This document shows, piece by piece, positions 27,309 to 40,514 of a DNA stretch of 64,000 bases. A program made the position numbers and the translations under genes. Each line of letters opens with the position of its first letter. Position 1 is the first letter of the stretch. Under the pieces are notes generated by a model that worked only from the letters and a program-made list of their open reading frames with translations, made no database searches and was not told the DNA's origin. The DNA comes from Eledone cirrhosa (taxonomy: Eukaryota), in NCBI GenBank assembly GCA_964016885.1, contig OZ024756.1, positions 14,756,001 through 14,820,000 on the forward strand. The letters run 5' to 3'.

Positions 27309-27449
27309 AATAGCAGATAAATAGAAAGTAAAGAATGATGTGAGGAAGGAACGGGGGAAATGAGAGAAAAATTGTGGAGAAAAAGAAAAAACCGCGTGCG
27401 TATTGAGTTGGCCTATATAGCACGGTACCGGTGAAAATGACAGGGTTTA

Positions 27450-27620
27450 TAACTGTTTCTACATTTGGTATAAGACCAGCAATTTGAGGGGGGGGGGAGT
27501 CAATTAAATCGACCCCAGTGTGTTACTGGTTCTTTATTTTATCGACCCTGTAAGGATGGAAGGTAAATCTAACCCCGGCGGGATTTGGACTCAGAATGTA
27601 AAGGGCCAGAATTCTATATC
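27450..27620 (-). mobile_element. SINE family 2 variant
   Basis: TTTATCGACCCTGTAAGGATGGAAGGTAAA...GGATTTGGACTCAG. Confidence 0.8.
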
Positions 27621-28090
27621 GTAAAGTTACAATATAATATATTCAATTGAATATTTCCTCGATTATAAAACATTCTATGTAAAGATGCTTGTATCTCAAA
27701 TTCTTTTTTGTTTTTATTTTTCACCTCTCCATCTTGTCACTCCAGCCATCGCTCTATTTTATTTTACATTCATTTAAATCAATTACAATAATTTTGTACA
27801 TTTTCTTTATTCCTTATCAAACTTTTATCCACTCAATTGCAATAGATTTGTTCTATCTCTCCATCTACCTATCTATCTGCCATCCCATCTCTCGCTCTCT
27901 CTTTATTTCTTTTCCCCTTCTAACCCTTTCTCTCTTGGAAGAAATCGGCTGTGTTCAGACCTGAAGAAGAGATGTGTTCGGCCATGTTGAAAAACGCTCT
28001 CAAAATACTTTGTATGTCATTACAGCGCCCCTACAATACTATCAGAAGCTGCAGGTCCATACAAACAGGCTCTGCTGTATTTCGGGCGAT

Positions 28091-28945
28091 AACAGTGGGA
28101 GTTTGGTTCCTCTGTGTTCGGACCTGGTGTACATGATGGGGGGGGGGGGGGGCGAGAGAGATGGAGGTGATGACAGTGGGAGTTTGGTTCCTCTGTGTTC
28201 GGACCTGGTGTACATGATGGGGGGGGGGGCGAGAGAGATGGAGGTGATGACAGTGGGAGTTTGGCTCCTCTGTGTTTGGACCTGGTGTACATGAGATGGG
28301 GGGGGGGGGGCGAGAGAGATGGAGGTGATGACAGTGGGAGTTTGGCTCCTCTGTGTTTGGACCTGGTGTACATGAGATGGGGGGGGGAGATGGAGGTGAT
28401 GACAGTGGGAGTTTGGCTCCTCTGTGTTTGGACCTGGTGTACATGAGAGATGGGGGGGGGGGCGAGAGAGATGGAGGTGATGACAGTGGGAGTTTGGCTC
28501 CTCTGTGTTTGGACCTGGTGTACATGAGATGGGGGGGGGGGGGCGAGAGAGATGGAGGTGATGACAGTGGGAGTTTGGCTCCTCTGTGTTTGGACCTGGT
28601 GTACATGAGAGATGGGGGCGAGGTGAGAGAGATGGAGATGATGACAGTGGGAGTTTGGTTCCTCTGTGGTCGGACCTGGTGTACATGAGAGATGGGGGGG
28701 GGGGGTGAGAGATGGAGGTGATGACAGTGGGAGTTTGGCTCCTCTGTGTTCGCACCTGGTGTACATGAGATGGGGAGGGTGAGAGAGAGATGGAGGTGAT
28801 GACAGTGGGAGTTTGGTTCCTCTGTGTTCGGACCTGGTGTACATGAGAGATGGGGAGGGTGAGAGAGAGATGGAGGTAATGACAGTGGGAGTTTGGTTCC
28901 TGACAGTGGGAGTTTGGTTCCTCTGTGTTCGCACCTGGTGTACAT
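28091..28945. repeat. G-rich minisatellite of about 80 bp, about 11 copies
   Basis: Unit GACAGTGGGAGTTTGG(C/T)TCCTCTGTGTT(C/T)GGACCTGGTGTACATGAGAT(G)nCGAGAGAGATGGAGGTGAT. Confidence 0.95.
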
Positions 28946-29094
28946 GTGTGTAATTTTACAGTATCAACCCTTTCCTTATATTTCTATTCTGTTACAGTAT
29001 TTAGTACCTGTAATATACTACGTCCATACGTTGACTATAAAACCCCTCCAACAACAGAAAATGGCATGTTGACTGTGTAAGGAATTAACTGTAA

Positions 29095-29255
29095 TAATTA
29101 TTTCTACTTTTGGCACAAGGCCAGCAATTATCCCAGTGTATTACTGGTACTTTGTTTCATCGACCCCGTAAGGATGAAAGGCAAAGTTAACCTCGGCGGG
29201 ATTTGAACTCAGAATGGAAAGGGCCGTAACTCTTTGCTGCAAAGCATGGCGTCGG
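29095..29255 (-). mobile_element. SINE family 2
   Basis: Same central block and B box. Confidence 0.85.
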
Positions 29256-29641
29256 GAAGTTATGTGTGTGTGAATGTATATACCAAGTGATGGTAAAGGT
29301 TGGGACGGTTGAGATGGGCCAGCCCCACCCGCCCTTTCTTCATCTCTCACCATTGCCCCCCCCCCTCACTCTCACCACTGCCCCCCCCCAATCACTCTCA
29401 CCACTGCTCCCCACCCCCTCACTCTCACCACTGTCCTCCCCCTCATCTTTCAACTCACAGAATGCCTGAAATTAGAATTATACGAAAAAAAAAAAACTGG
29501 TTTGAAAACACATTCTCACACACACACACACACATTCTCACACTCACTCTCACACACATACACTCACACATTCTCACACTCACGTACACTCACACACACA
29601 CACACTCTCACACATATACACACACTCAATGGAGGCTATAA

Positions 29642-29684
<43 letters not shown>

Positions 29685-29764
29685 TTCTCTCTCAACTGAC
29701 CGTTGCCAGATATTTTCAGAAACCCACGCGTGTCTTAGAACCCCAACACCCCACCACCATCCCT

Positions 29765-29980
29765 ACACCACCACCACCATTCTCCTCTCACACTGTTCCT
29801 TATCTCCCCTTCTCCTCCTCCTCAACACCACCACCATTCTCCTCTCACACTGTTCCTTACCTCCCCTTCTCTTCACCCCCACCACCATTCTCCTCTCACA
29901 CTGTTCCTATCTCCCCTTCTCCTCAACACCACCACCTCTACCATCATTCTCCTCTCATACTGTTCCTTACCCCCCCCCCT
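29765..29980. repeat. Pyrimidine-rich repeat of about 50-60 bp, 4 copies
   Basis: CCACCATTCTCCTCTCACACTGTTCCTTA is repeated. Confidence 0.85.
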
Positions 29981-30234
29981 TCTCCTCTTCACCCCCCCCC
30001 AACCTTACATTTACGGTCGTATCTCAATTATTTCTTCTGTCAGACGATCAGATAAACTCGTAGAAAATCCATTTACCAAGACCTATAACATTGCCACACA
30101 CAGTTTCACTCACACATACACACGTGCGCACACACACACACACACACACACACACCATGACACACAGTATTATGCACGCACGCGTATACACACGGTTCAA
30201 CGCATTCATAATATTTCACACACACAGTTTCACA

Positions 30235-30685
30235 CATACAGTGTCTCACACATACACTTATTCAATCATACATATACACACAGACGCTGTTACTCACACA
30301 CACACACACATTCAGTGTCTCACACATACACAATCATACATATACACACAGACGCTGTTACTCACTCACACACACATACAGTGTCTCACACATACATATT
30401 CAATCATACATATACACACAGAGACGATGTTACTCACTCACACATACACAGTGCCTCACACATACACATATTCAATCATACATATACACACACACAAACG
30501 CTGTTACTCACTCACACACATACAGTGTCTCACACATACATATTCAATCATACATATACACACACAGACGCTGTTACTCACTCACACATACATAGTGTCT
30601 CACACATACACATATTCAATCATACATATACACACACACAAACGCTGTTACTCACTCACACATACATACAGTGTCTCACACATAC
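30235..30685. repeat. CA-rich minisatellite of about 70 bp, about 6 copies
   Basis: CAGTGTCTCACACATAC..ATTCAATCATACATATACACACAGACGCTGTTACTCAC is repeated. Confidence 0.9.
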
Positions 30686-30849
30686 ACACGCATGCGACCT
30701 GCTTAACGCAGTACCACATATACATAGTTTTATGCACATACATTTACACACATGGTTCATTGCATACATAGTTTCACACACACACACACATATATCCTCA
30801 CACACACATATCCTCACGCATACACACAAAGACACACACAATATAGTAG

Positions 30850-31030
30850 CGAAGGGTAGTAAATGGACAGAATCGGTAGAGTGTCGGACTCAATGCTTTG
30901 TGACGTTGCGGCTCTCTACATTCTCAGTTCAACTATGACCTTCATCCTTACGAGATCGATAAAGTAGCAGTCAAAAACTCGGGTATAATTGACTCCCCCC
31001 CCCCCTCCCGCAAAATTGTTGGCGTTGCCC
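30850..31030 (+). mobile_element. Old, degenerate SINE family 2 copy
   Basis: AATCGGTAGAGTGTCGGAC...CCTTCATCCTTACGAGATCGATAAA. Confidence 0.6.
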
Positions 31031-31283
31031 CGCACTAATTCACAAACGCTCCCCATGTCTCGCCCTCCATATATATATGTGAAGTAATTCCGTCGGAAAA
31101 GTCCAGGAAAAAAGAGTGCTCTATGTAGGTAACAGAGCTTAATAGTTATGTAATAAACAACATAAGGCAATTATTCCATTTACCAGTGGTTTCTTAAAAG
31201 CAAAAAATTTTGCTTTCAATCCTCAGAATGAAAAAATCTTGGTCTGTTTATTGAATTTGGATTTTAAAAACAAAAAGATTTTT

Positions 31284-31483
31284 NNNNNNNNNNNNNNNNN
31301 NNNNNNNNNNNNNNNNNNNNNNNNNNNNNNNNNNNNNNNNNNNNNNNNNNNNNNNNNNNNNNNNNNNNNNNNNNNNNNNNNNNNNNNNNNNNNNNNNNNN
31401 NNNNNNNNNNNNNNNNNNNNNNNNNNNNNNNNNNNNNNNNNNNNNNNNNNNNNNNNNNNNNNNNNNNNNNNNNNNNNNNNNNN
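31284..31483. other. Assembly gap (200 N) adjoining about 500 bp of (TA)n
   Basis: Seen directly. Confidence 1.
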
Positions 31484-31593
<110 letters not shown>

Positions 31594-31599
31594 ATATAT

Positions 31600-31768
<169 letters not shown>

Positions 31769-31785
31769 ATATATATATATTATAT

Positions 31786-32176
<391 letters not shown>

Positions 32177-32180
32177 TATA

Positions 32181-32216
<36 letters not shown>

Positions 32217-32276
32217 CGTATGTATGTACCTATATATATATATATGTATGTGTATATATATATATTTAAATATATA

Positions 32277-32309
<33 letters not shown>

Positions 32310-32690
32310 TCGAAAATGGTTCAGGAAGCGTTCCTTAATCCGGCCCTCCGCCATACCTACATAGGATTTCACCTCTTGCTGTTGATTTGGTCGGTTAGAA
32401 GTGACCACAACTTCGTTAATTACAGCGGGTGTGTGTTGCATTGTTGTTGAAAGGGACAAGCTTCAGACTTTCGGCAAGAGTCTCCTGGTAGGGTGTTGTT
32501 CTTAGAGCTGTTGGTGATTTGGACCTTCATATTCTTAGCACAGGCGTATCCTAGTTTCACCCTGTGTCTGTTAAAGATGGAGCGGTATTTGTGACCTATG
32601 GGAAAGTGTCCATCTAAGAGAGCTAAAAAAATTGTTCCCACAGTTTTAACGTTGAGTGAGAAGGGGGGGGGGAGATCCATAGGCCTGTTA
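32310..32690 (-). pseudogene. Penelope-like element fragment: RT C-terminal linker and start of the GIY-YIG endonuclease
   Basis: PPFSLNVKT.G..FL.LLD.HFP..HK...IFNR..VKL.Y.C..NM...C...CP, then after a frameshift [16 protein letters not shown]. Confidence 0.88.
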
Positions 32691-32782
32691 TTCACTTCTG
32701 TTCTGGAATTAAGTTCATCTTTTTTTTTTTTTTATATATATATAACGATTTCTTTTCTTTACAAATTTTGAAGACCAAACAA

Positions 32783-32972
32783 ATAATTGTTTCTACTTTA
32801 GGCACAAGGCCAGCAATTACCCAGTGCATTACTGGCACTTTATTTTATCGACCCCGTAAGGATGAAAGGCAAAGTCAACCTCGGCGGGATTTGAACTCAG
32901 ATCGTAAAGGGACGTAACTATGCTGGAAAGCATGGCGTCCGACCCTCCACCGATACTGCCAATTCACCACCA
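32783..32972 (-). mobile_element. SINE family 2
   Basis: Full-length match. Confidence 0.88.
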
Positions 32973-33615
32973 AATAATGACATGGCTTAAATAATCTAAT
33001 GATTGTATTTATTTTAAGTTTCCTCTCGGATACTTATTTCAATGTTTCGGATTTCTTCAGTACAAATGCTTGAAATTTAAACTTAAATGAGAACTGTATT
33101 TTTGTAGTTATAATTATGTGAAAATATGGTATAGAGAAGCGCGAGGGGATCTTGATGGGGTTGACTCCAGATATTCTTGGGTGGTAGCCATGATCAATCA
33201 CCTTGTTTATCATCATTAACAGCACCACCTGGCTTAGTAAGACCCCTTTAGGTGAATTCCCCCTGATACTAGCATTCGAACCGGGTTTCCGGTTTCATCA
33301 TATTTCTCTCTTCCCCCCTTTTTCTTCCTCTCAGTCTCAGTTGATAGGCGTTGCCCTTCCATTTTGTAAAAGAAAAGAAAAAAAAATGTGGGTGGTGGGC
33401 AGATAACTCTTCTCAACAGCCTTCTAGTGTATAGCCCCCCCCCTCCTCCTCCTAAAAACAAGTCATATCAACGGAAGTCAAACGGCTTATGGTATATTTG
33501 TTCAACACTGTGTAATATGTAATATCCTTATATAAATAAACCCTTTCTACAGTGTCGTCCATGTTAACCCGTGTTGGGATAGTTACACTTGGGATGTTGT
33601 GTATGTACGCCAGTA

Positions 33616-33665
<50 letters not shown>

Positions 33666-33767
33666 TTCTAATTTCATTTAGTGATCCCTAATTTCAAGGT
33701 TTTTGCACTAAAATACACCAATCAAAGCTTCATCACACTCTACACAAGGGATGCATGTGTGTGTGTG

Positions 33768-33801
<34 letters not shown>

Positions 33802-33802
33802 G

Positions 33803-33839
<37 letters not shown>

Positions 33840-33964
33840 TATATATATATATAGAGAGAGAGAGAGCGAGAGCGAGAGAGAGAGAGGGAGAGAGATGGGG
33901 GGAGAATCAGTTTATTGATTTAGACGTTCGTTCGTACACCAACTGTTCCAATATTGTTCTGAGA

Positions 33965-34156
33965 TATGATGATGATCGTGGTGATGATGATGATGATGAT
34001 GATCGTGATGATGATGATGATGATCGTGATGATGATGATGATGATGATGATGATCGTGATGATGATGATGATGATCGTGATGATGATGATGATGATGATC
34101 GTGATGATGATGATGATGATCGTGGTGGTGATGATGATGATGATAGTGGTGATGAT
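33965..34156. repeat. (GAT)n microsatellite with CGT interruptions
   Basis: Seen directly. Confidence 0.97.
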
Positions 34157-34454
34157 ATGTATATGAAGAAAGAAAGCAACCACACAACCTACCAATAACA
34201 TTATTAAGCCATCTGTATATTATTCATACTTCCTAACCTAAAATGTCTAACAAACGATGACTAGATTGCTATCTTATAAATAGCAGGGGAGGTTTGCATT
34301 AGCGGATGGTAATGCCTAAAAAATAATTGCCCAAGATTTCACTCATTGGTATTCCACCTGGGATTTAATGATTGCAAGCTCTTCTGAGATGCTGTATCCA
34401 CCTTTAAGTGATAAACTACTTCTTTTGTCGTCGCCGTCGTCGTCTTCTTTCGTT

Positions 34455-34675
34455 TGTGTCGTTTTCTTCTTCACCCACTTATTCCTGGGAGAGAGGATGG
34501 TAGAGGCAGAGTCCTCAAACATTCCTTCCAGCAGGTCCTGTCAGAAACAAACGTCTCAAATTGATCCGGCTAGATCATATCAAGCGAGACCCCCACCCCC
34601 TGGGTCTCCTGTCGGTTGGTTTTGCTCGTAAAATATGTCCAGCGACTCTTTCCCGAGACATTCTAACCTCATGCT
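34455..34675 (-). mobile_element. RTE LINE 3' end, same family as 9105-9592
   Basis: Reverse complement aligns to about 9340-9580 with an internal deletion. Confidence 0.8.
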
Positions 34676-35079
34676 ACTTTTCAAATTAAATACAGTTTTG
34701 AAACACTATTTGGAGAAAGGAGCCGATCGTTAAGTCAAACCAGTTAAAAGAATTGTTCTACTGGTCTTCCCTAGGGGAAGGAGGCGGAATTTGAGCTCAA
34801 AACCTACTCTCAAGTCTTCAATAATCGTCTCGAAACCCGCTGATTAATTTTTCAGATCCGTCCCCACCGCTTATTAAATTTTGCTAATCTATCTCCGGCG
34901 AAATTTTAAGTGATTTATATCGATACAGCAGCTGGAGAATATAATAGTTCTATTTTACATTAAAAAAAAACATTATGTGGATTGGCAAAACAAAAGAACA
35001 TTCCAAGATGGCCCATATTTACGATCGTACAATATACAATTACCGATTTCCCAAACCCCCGCTTATGACACCCTCCCTC

Positions 35080-36200
35080 TACTACTATCACCACCACCAC
35101 GACAATTACTAGTGCTACCACCACCACCACAATTACTAGTGCTACCACCACCACCACAATTACTAGTGCTACCACCACCACCACTTCTACCACGACCACT
35201 ACTACCATCACCACCACTATTACTACCACCACCACTATTACTACCACCACCACTACCAACAACACTAGTACTGAACTGGAGAACAGGTACTTTATTTATC
35301 GACCTCAAAAGGATGAGAGATAAAGTTGACGTCGACGAGATTTTCAACTCAGAGAGCAGTGAGCTGTAACAGGACTTGTTAGTCTGACACACCACCACTT
35401 CACCACCACTTCACCACCCCCACCACCATTTCACCACCACTTCACCACCACTTCACCCCCACTTCACCACCATTTCACCACCACTTCACCACCACCACCA
35501 TTTCACCCCCATTTCACCACCACCACCACTTCACCCCCACCACCACCACCACTTCACCCCCACTTCACCACCACTTCACCCCACTTCACCACCACCACCA
35601 CTTCACCCCCCTTCACCACCACCACCATTTCACCCCCATTTCAACACCACCACCATTTCACCCCCATTACACCATTTCACCTCCATTTCACCACTTCACC
35701 CCCATTTCACCCCCACCACCATCTCATCACCACCACCCCCTTTCATCCCCATTTCACCACCACCCCCATTCCTACCTCTACTACAACAACAACAACATGA
35801 AGTAGAGGAGGGAGGGAGGGAGGGAGGGAGGTTATAATACTGTATATTTTCACAGTGTTGTTTTATATGTGAAGGGGGAGGAGGGGGTTTCGTTAACATC
35901 CGGGCATCTTTAAGTGCAGAAAACTCCAGAATATAAGGAGGGGGGGGGGTAATTGTGGTAGTAGTGATGGTGGTGATGGTGGTGATGATGTGATGGTGGT
36001 GGTGGTGTGATGGTGGTGGTGGTGTGATGGTGGTTGTGGTGGTTGTGGTGTGGTGGTGACGATGATGGTGGTGGTGATGACTATGGTTGTGGTGGTGGTG
36101 GAGATGGTGATGGTGCTGGTGTGGTGGTTGTGATGGTGATGTAGGGGTGGTGGTGATGATGATGGTGGTGGTGATGGTGGTGGTGGTGGTGATGATGATG
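35080..36200. repeat. (CCA)n, (CACCACTT)n and (GGT)n tracts, with a decayed SINE family 2 copy at about 35265-35395
   Basis: Seen directly; GGTACTTTATTTATCGACC marks the SINE. Confidence 0.85.
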
Positions 36201-36225
36201 CAACGTTTCACATATTGATTTTTTT

Positions 36226-36382
36226 TAGTTTCAGAAGATCCCGCTAAGGGTGAAAGCAGCGATTCTTTGCTTAAACTTTAATCAGTTATTTTAATAAACA
36301 TTTGCTCTACGGTTCTTATATATTTCATATATATTTATCCTTATCGATCCCTCTTTGGATTTTAGTCTTCAAATTTATTATT
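36226..36382 (+). mobile_element. Family G short element, unrearranged copy with an atypical HHR-like core
   Basis: CAGAAGA-TCCC-GCTAA-GGGT-GAAA-GCAGC, then AATAAA and a tail; serves as reference for the inverted copies at 10117 and 25172. Confidence 0.7.
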
Positions 36383-36384
36383 GT

Positions 36385-36752
36385 AGATTGGCAGTATCGG
36401 TAGAGAGTCGGACGCCATGCTTTCCAGCATAGTTACGTCCCTTTACGATCTGAGTTCAAATCCCGCCGAGGTTGACTTAGCCTTTCATCCTTACGAGGTC
36501 GATAAAATAAAGTACCAGTAATGCACTGGGTAATTGCTGGCCTTGTGCCTAAAGTAGAAACAATTATTATTGGTGGTGGTTTGGCAGTATCGGTAGAGGG
36601 TCGGACACCATGCTTTGCAGCAAAGAGTTACGGCCCTTGCTATTCTGAGTTCAAATCCTGCCTTTCATCCTTAAGGGGTCGATAAAATAAAGTACCAGTA
36701 ATGTACTGAGATAATTGCTGGCCTTGTGCCAAAAAGTAGAAACAATTATTAT
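36385..36752 (+). mobile_element. Head-to-tail pair of SINE family 2 copies (36385-36570, 36572-36752)
   Basis: Two consecutive units TTGGCAGTATCGGTAGAG...AAAGTAGAAACAATTA. Confidence 0.9.
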
Positions 36753-36769
36753 TATTAATATATATATAT

Positions 36770-36832
36770 TTTACTCTTTTACTCTTTAACCTGTTCCAGC
36801 CATCCGGCTGAGGCCATGCTGGGGCACCACCC
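36770..36832 (-). mobile_element. 3' tail fragment of another SINE
   Basis: (TTTACTC)n followed by GGCCATGCTGGGGCACCACC resembles a remembered octopus SINE tail. Confidence 0.45.
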
Positions 36833-36914
36833 TTTATATATATATTATATAGCTAACAAATAGTCTATCGCTCTACGTGGCTGATTACAATAATATATAT
36901 ACAATAATATATAT

Positions 36915-37505
36915 GTAATTTAGAAAACTCTCCCAGTCATTCCAAAAGGCAATAGGATTGATCAAATCCGAGCCTGATTGAAGAAAATCAACACTTTGGA
37001 CTTATACCAAAGTTTTGAAGCTCGCTACAAACATGAGGGCATATTTTGGTGAAGCCGAACAATCAGAGCAGTTCTCCCAGAATCTATAAATGTTTAAGGA
37101 CGATAGACTTCTTGCAGATAATAAGGGAGCTATTGATATAAGTCACACAGGCACGATGGTGGAATCATTATTCCATCTCATAGAAAACGTATTCCTTAAT
37201 CTTGAATATCAGTTCACAAATCACACAAGTAGCTCAATGAAAGGGCTCTATTGGCCCGGAAAAATGTGACTGTGAAATTGGTAAATCAAGAGCTGTTAAA
37301 AGAAATCCCAAAGGTTTCGAAGCTGTCGATTCTGTGGTCGATCTGTCGATTCTGTGGTGGAACAGTCGGAAGCTGTCAATTACCCAACAGAGTTCCTCAA
37401 CTCTTTAGAACCACCAGGAATGCTTCCACCTGTGCTTCACCTTAAAGAAGGAGGAGCAGCCATCATTTTATTGAGGAATTTTGACCCACCAAGGCTATGC
37501 AACGA
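36915..37505 (+). pseudogene. Helitron PIF1-like helicase fragment, decayed
   Basis: Manual translation: [58 protein letters not shown]...[14 protein letters not shown]. Confidence 0.9.
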
Positions 37506-38089
37506 TTGAGGAGGAGAAGAGATAACATGTAAGTCACGTTAGTATTGATAAACGTAAGGAAATTATATATTTACTGAATCAGACGCAATACGGGTGGGTT
37601 GAGTGTAGAAATATTTTTTTCTGAGTAGATAAATGGCAGTGGCTTGGAAGTTTTAGCATAGTCGCCTCATCTGGCTGCGTCCTGTGAAGGGTTTGGATGT
37701 CTTATATAGCGTTATGTATGTCAGGATAGTGGAAGGAGGGTTAAAGAATATATGTGTCTCTTATTGGTGGTGGGGGAGGGGGCGTTATATGGGGGGGGGG
37801 GGTCTGTGTGTGTTTCTGTGTGTGTTATTAAATATCGATTTGAAATTCGAAAATGTGGGAATCTCAAACGCAGAAAACTGTGACATCAGTCGATCGCTAA
37901 ACAAAAAAAAAACTGCAGCAGCAATAACACCAACAACAGAAGCAAGAACAACAACAACGACGACAACGACTACGACTACTACTACTACTACTACATCAAC
38001 ACCAACGATAACAAGTAATTAGATTAGCAGGAACAGTTTTAGAACGTATTCCACCTCTGAGGAGGGGAAGTGGGGGTATTTTATGGCGT

Positions 38090-38298
38090 GTAGGTGTGTA
38101 AGGGGGCTGTGATGGGGGTGAAGGTGTGTAAGGGGGCTGTGATGGGGGTGCAGGTGTGTAAGGGGTGAATGGCGTGTAGAGGAGCTCTGATGGGGGTGAA
38201 AGTGTGTGAGGGGGCTGTGATGGGGGTGAAGGTGTGTAAGGGGGCTGTGATGGGGTGTAGAGGAGCTCTGATGGGGGTGAAGGTGTGTAAAGGGGGGC
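38090..38298. repeat. 30-bp G-rich minisatellite
   Basis: GGTGTGTAAGGGGGCTGTGATGGGGGTGAA is repeated. Confidence 0.9.
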
Positions 38299-38397
38299 TA
38301 TTTTGTGATCCTATTCAAAAGTTTCTGTATCAGCTTGGACTGACCTGTTCTCAACGTAGGGATAGTGTCGAGTGAAGATATAATTGGATGGAAGCAG

Positions 38398-38592
38398 ATC
38401 TATCTATCTATCTATCTATCTATCTACCTCTCTCTCTATCTATATATATATCTATCTATCTATCTCTATATCTCTCTCTCTCTCTATCTATCTATCTCTC
38501 TCTCGATCTAGCTCTCTCTCTATCTATCTATCTATCTATCTCTATCTCTCTCTCTCTATCTATCTCCCTCTCTATCTCTCTATCTAGTCTAT
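38398..38592. repeat. (TCTA)n/(TC)n microsatellite
   Basis: Seen directly. Confidence 0.95.
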
Positions 38593-38669
38593 CTGTGTCC
38601 ATCCTCCTTCTTTCAATCTCTTTACACTCCCATATAATCTATCTATCCCCCCTCAATCTCTTCACACTC

Positions 38670-38732
<63 letters not shown>

Positions 38733-38851
38733 GAAGTGGTAGAGATTTAATTATCTGTCTACCTAGAACTTATTTACATCTTCCTAAGCGGGAAACGGGA
38801 AACTAATGAGACTCTGTTTTTGCATCTCTGTGTTTCTCTTGTCTATTCTTG

Positions 38852-38883
<32 letters not shown>

Positions 38884-38888
<5 letters not shown>

Positions 38889-39078
38889 AACCGGTAAGAC
38901 CCCGACGGCTGAGCTCAAGCCGTTTCGACGGCTGATTCTGCGTCCAGAATTAGCCGTCGAAACGGCTTGAGCTCAGCCGTCGGGGTCTCACTTGTTCCTA
39001 TTACCCACTCTACTACCCTAAGTATTGAGTACTTTGGTGCGTTATGGTCCACCTGGTTCCTTACCACTTTTCCTTCGT

Positions 39079-39080
<2 letters not shown>
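38884..39080 (+). mobile_element. Palindromic element, family A, copy 3
   Basis: Arms 38884-39001; shared tail; (TA)n flanks. Confidence 0.88.
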
Positions 39081-39115
<35 letters not shown>

Positions 39116-39434
39116 TAAAACAATGAAATAAAAAATCAAGTCATTAGAGATATACTTCACTGCTTTACGATCGTTTCTAGGTGATGATAATACATTGTAG
39201 CTATACTCCGTTATTGATCTATGTAAGGTTAGTTACAAAATATCAGATAAAAAGAATATTTACTTACATGCATATAACCAGCTGTTTTCAAAAGCAATAA
39301 TAATTTTATTCAGAATTAGTAGTATGTTAGTATCATGTCCTTGTTTGGAGGCTGTTGAAGAACTAACCAATCAAATTGTTGTTTTTTTTCATATGGTGTT
39401 AAAATGAAAAGTAATACACTTTTGTAGATACCTC

Positions 39435-39472
<38 letters not shown>

Positions 39473-39488
39473 CATACATATATATAAA

Positions 39489-39678
39489 GTTATTCCGGGT
39501 TCAATCGGGGGTAACCGCAGTAAGTAAGGTACTCAATACATAGCAGAATATAAATGTTTTAATATAGAAAAGCTTCTACAGGACTAGAACTGTTTGATTC
39601 GTGAGAAATCATCAGGATCCTGATGATTTCTCACGAATGAAACACTTCTAGTCCTGTAGAAGCTTTTCTATATTAAAA
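39489..39678 (-). mobile_element. Family F element: tail plus a spacerless 122-bp palindrome of two opposed HHR-like cores
   Basis: 39557-39678 is centred on GGATCC; CTGATGA-TTTC-TCAC-GAAT-GAAAC starts at 39620. Confidence 0.85.
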
Positions 39679-39679
39679 T

Positions 39680-39766
39680 ATACATATATATATGTATGTA
39701 TATATTCATGTGTGTGTGTATATATATATATATATACATTCATATGTATGTTTGTGTATATATTCA

Positions 39767-39800
<34 letters not shown>

Positions 39801-39904
39801 CATTCATATGTATGTGTGTGTATATATATATATATACATTCATATGTATGTGTGTGTGTATATATATATATATACATTCATATGTATGTGTGTGTATATA
39901 TTCA

Positions 39905-39936
<32 letters not shown>

Positions 39937-40051
39937 CATTCATATGTATGTGTGTGTATATATATATATATACATTCATATGTATGTGTGTGTGTATATA
40001 TATATATATATACATTCATATGTGTGTGTGTATTTATATATATATACATTC

Positions 40052-40090
<39 letters not shown>
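39680..40090. repeat. (TA)n/(TG)n with a periodic CATTCATATG motif
   Basis: Seen directly. Confidence 0.93.
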
Positions 40091-40091
<1 letters not shown>

Positions 40092-40247
40092 CTGCTCTGT
40101 AGAACAACTGATGTTATAACATTGAGCTATTTATCTTACTGGTAATAAGGTAGTAATAAATTTCACTGTCTTTCACTGTTTAGGGTTTAAAATATATATA
40201 ACTATAAATAGTTTTAGTATATACATAACCATAAATAGTATCCTTAA

Positions 40248-40298
<51 letters not shown>

Positions 40299-40380
40299 TT
40301 TATCATAGAAACAATTGTTAGACTGTAAATAAATCTCCTTGTTTGTACTGTTGACCATGTTATTCTTCACTTTATATATT

Positions 40381-40412
<32 letters not shown>

Positions 40413-40514
40413 TGTATGTATGTATGTATGTATGTATGTATGTATGTATGTATGTATGTATGTATGTATGTATGTATGTATGTATGTATGTGTGTGTGTA
40501 TCTATCTATCTATC

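Noticed and set aside
33040-33065. Minus-strand CTGAAGA...GAAAC
   Set aside because: Only 5 nt are available for stem II and there is no UH site.
33755-34198. Acidic poly-Asp ORF
   Set aside because: It is a (GAT)n microsatellite preceded by dinucleotide repeats.
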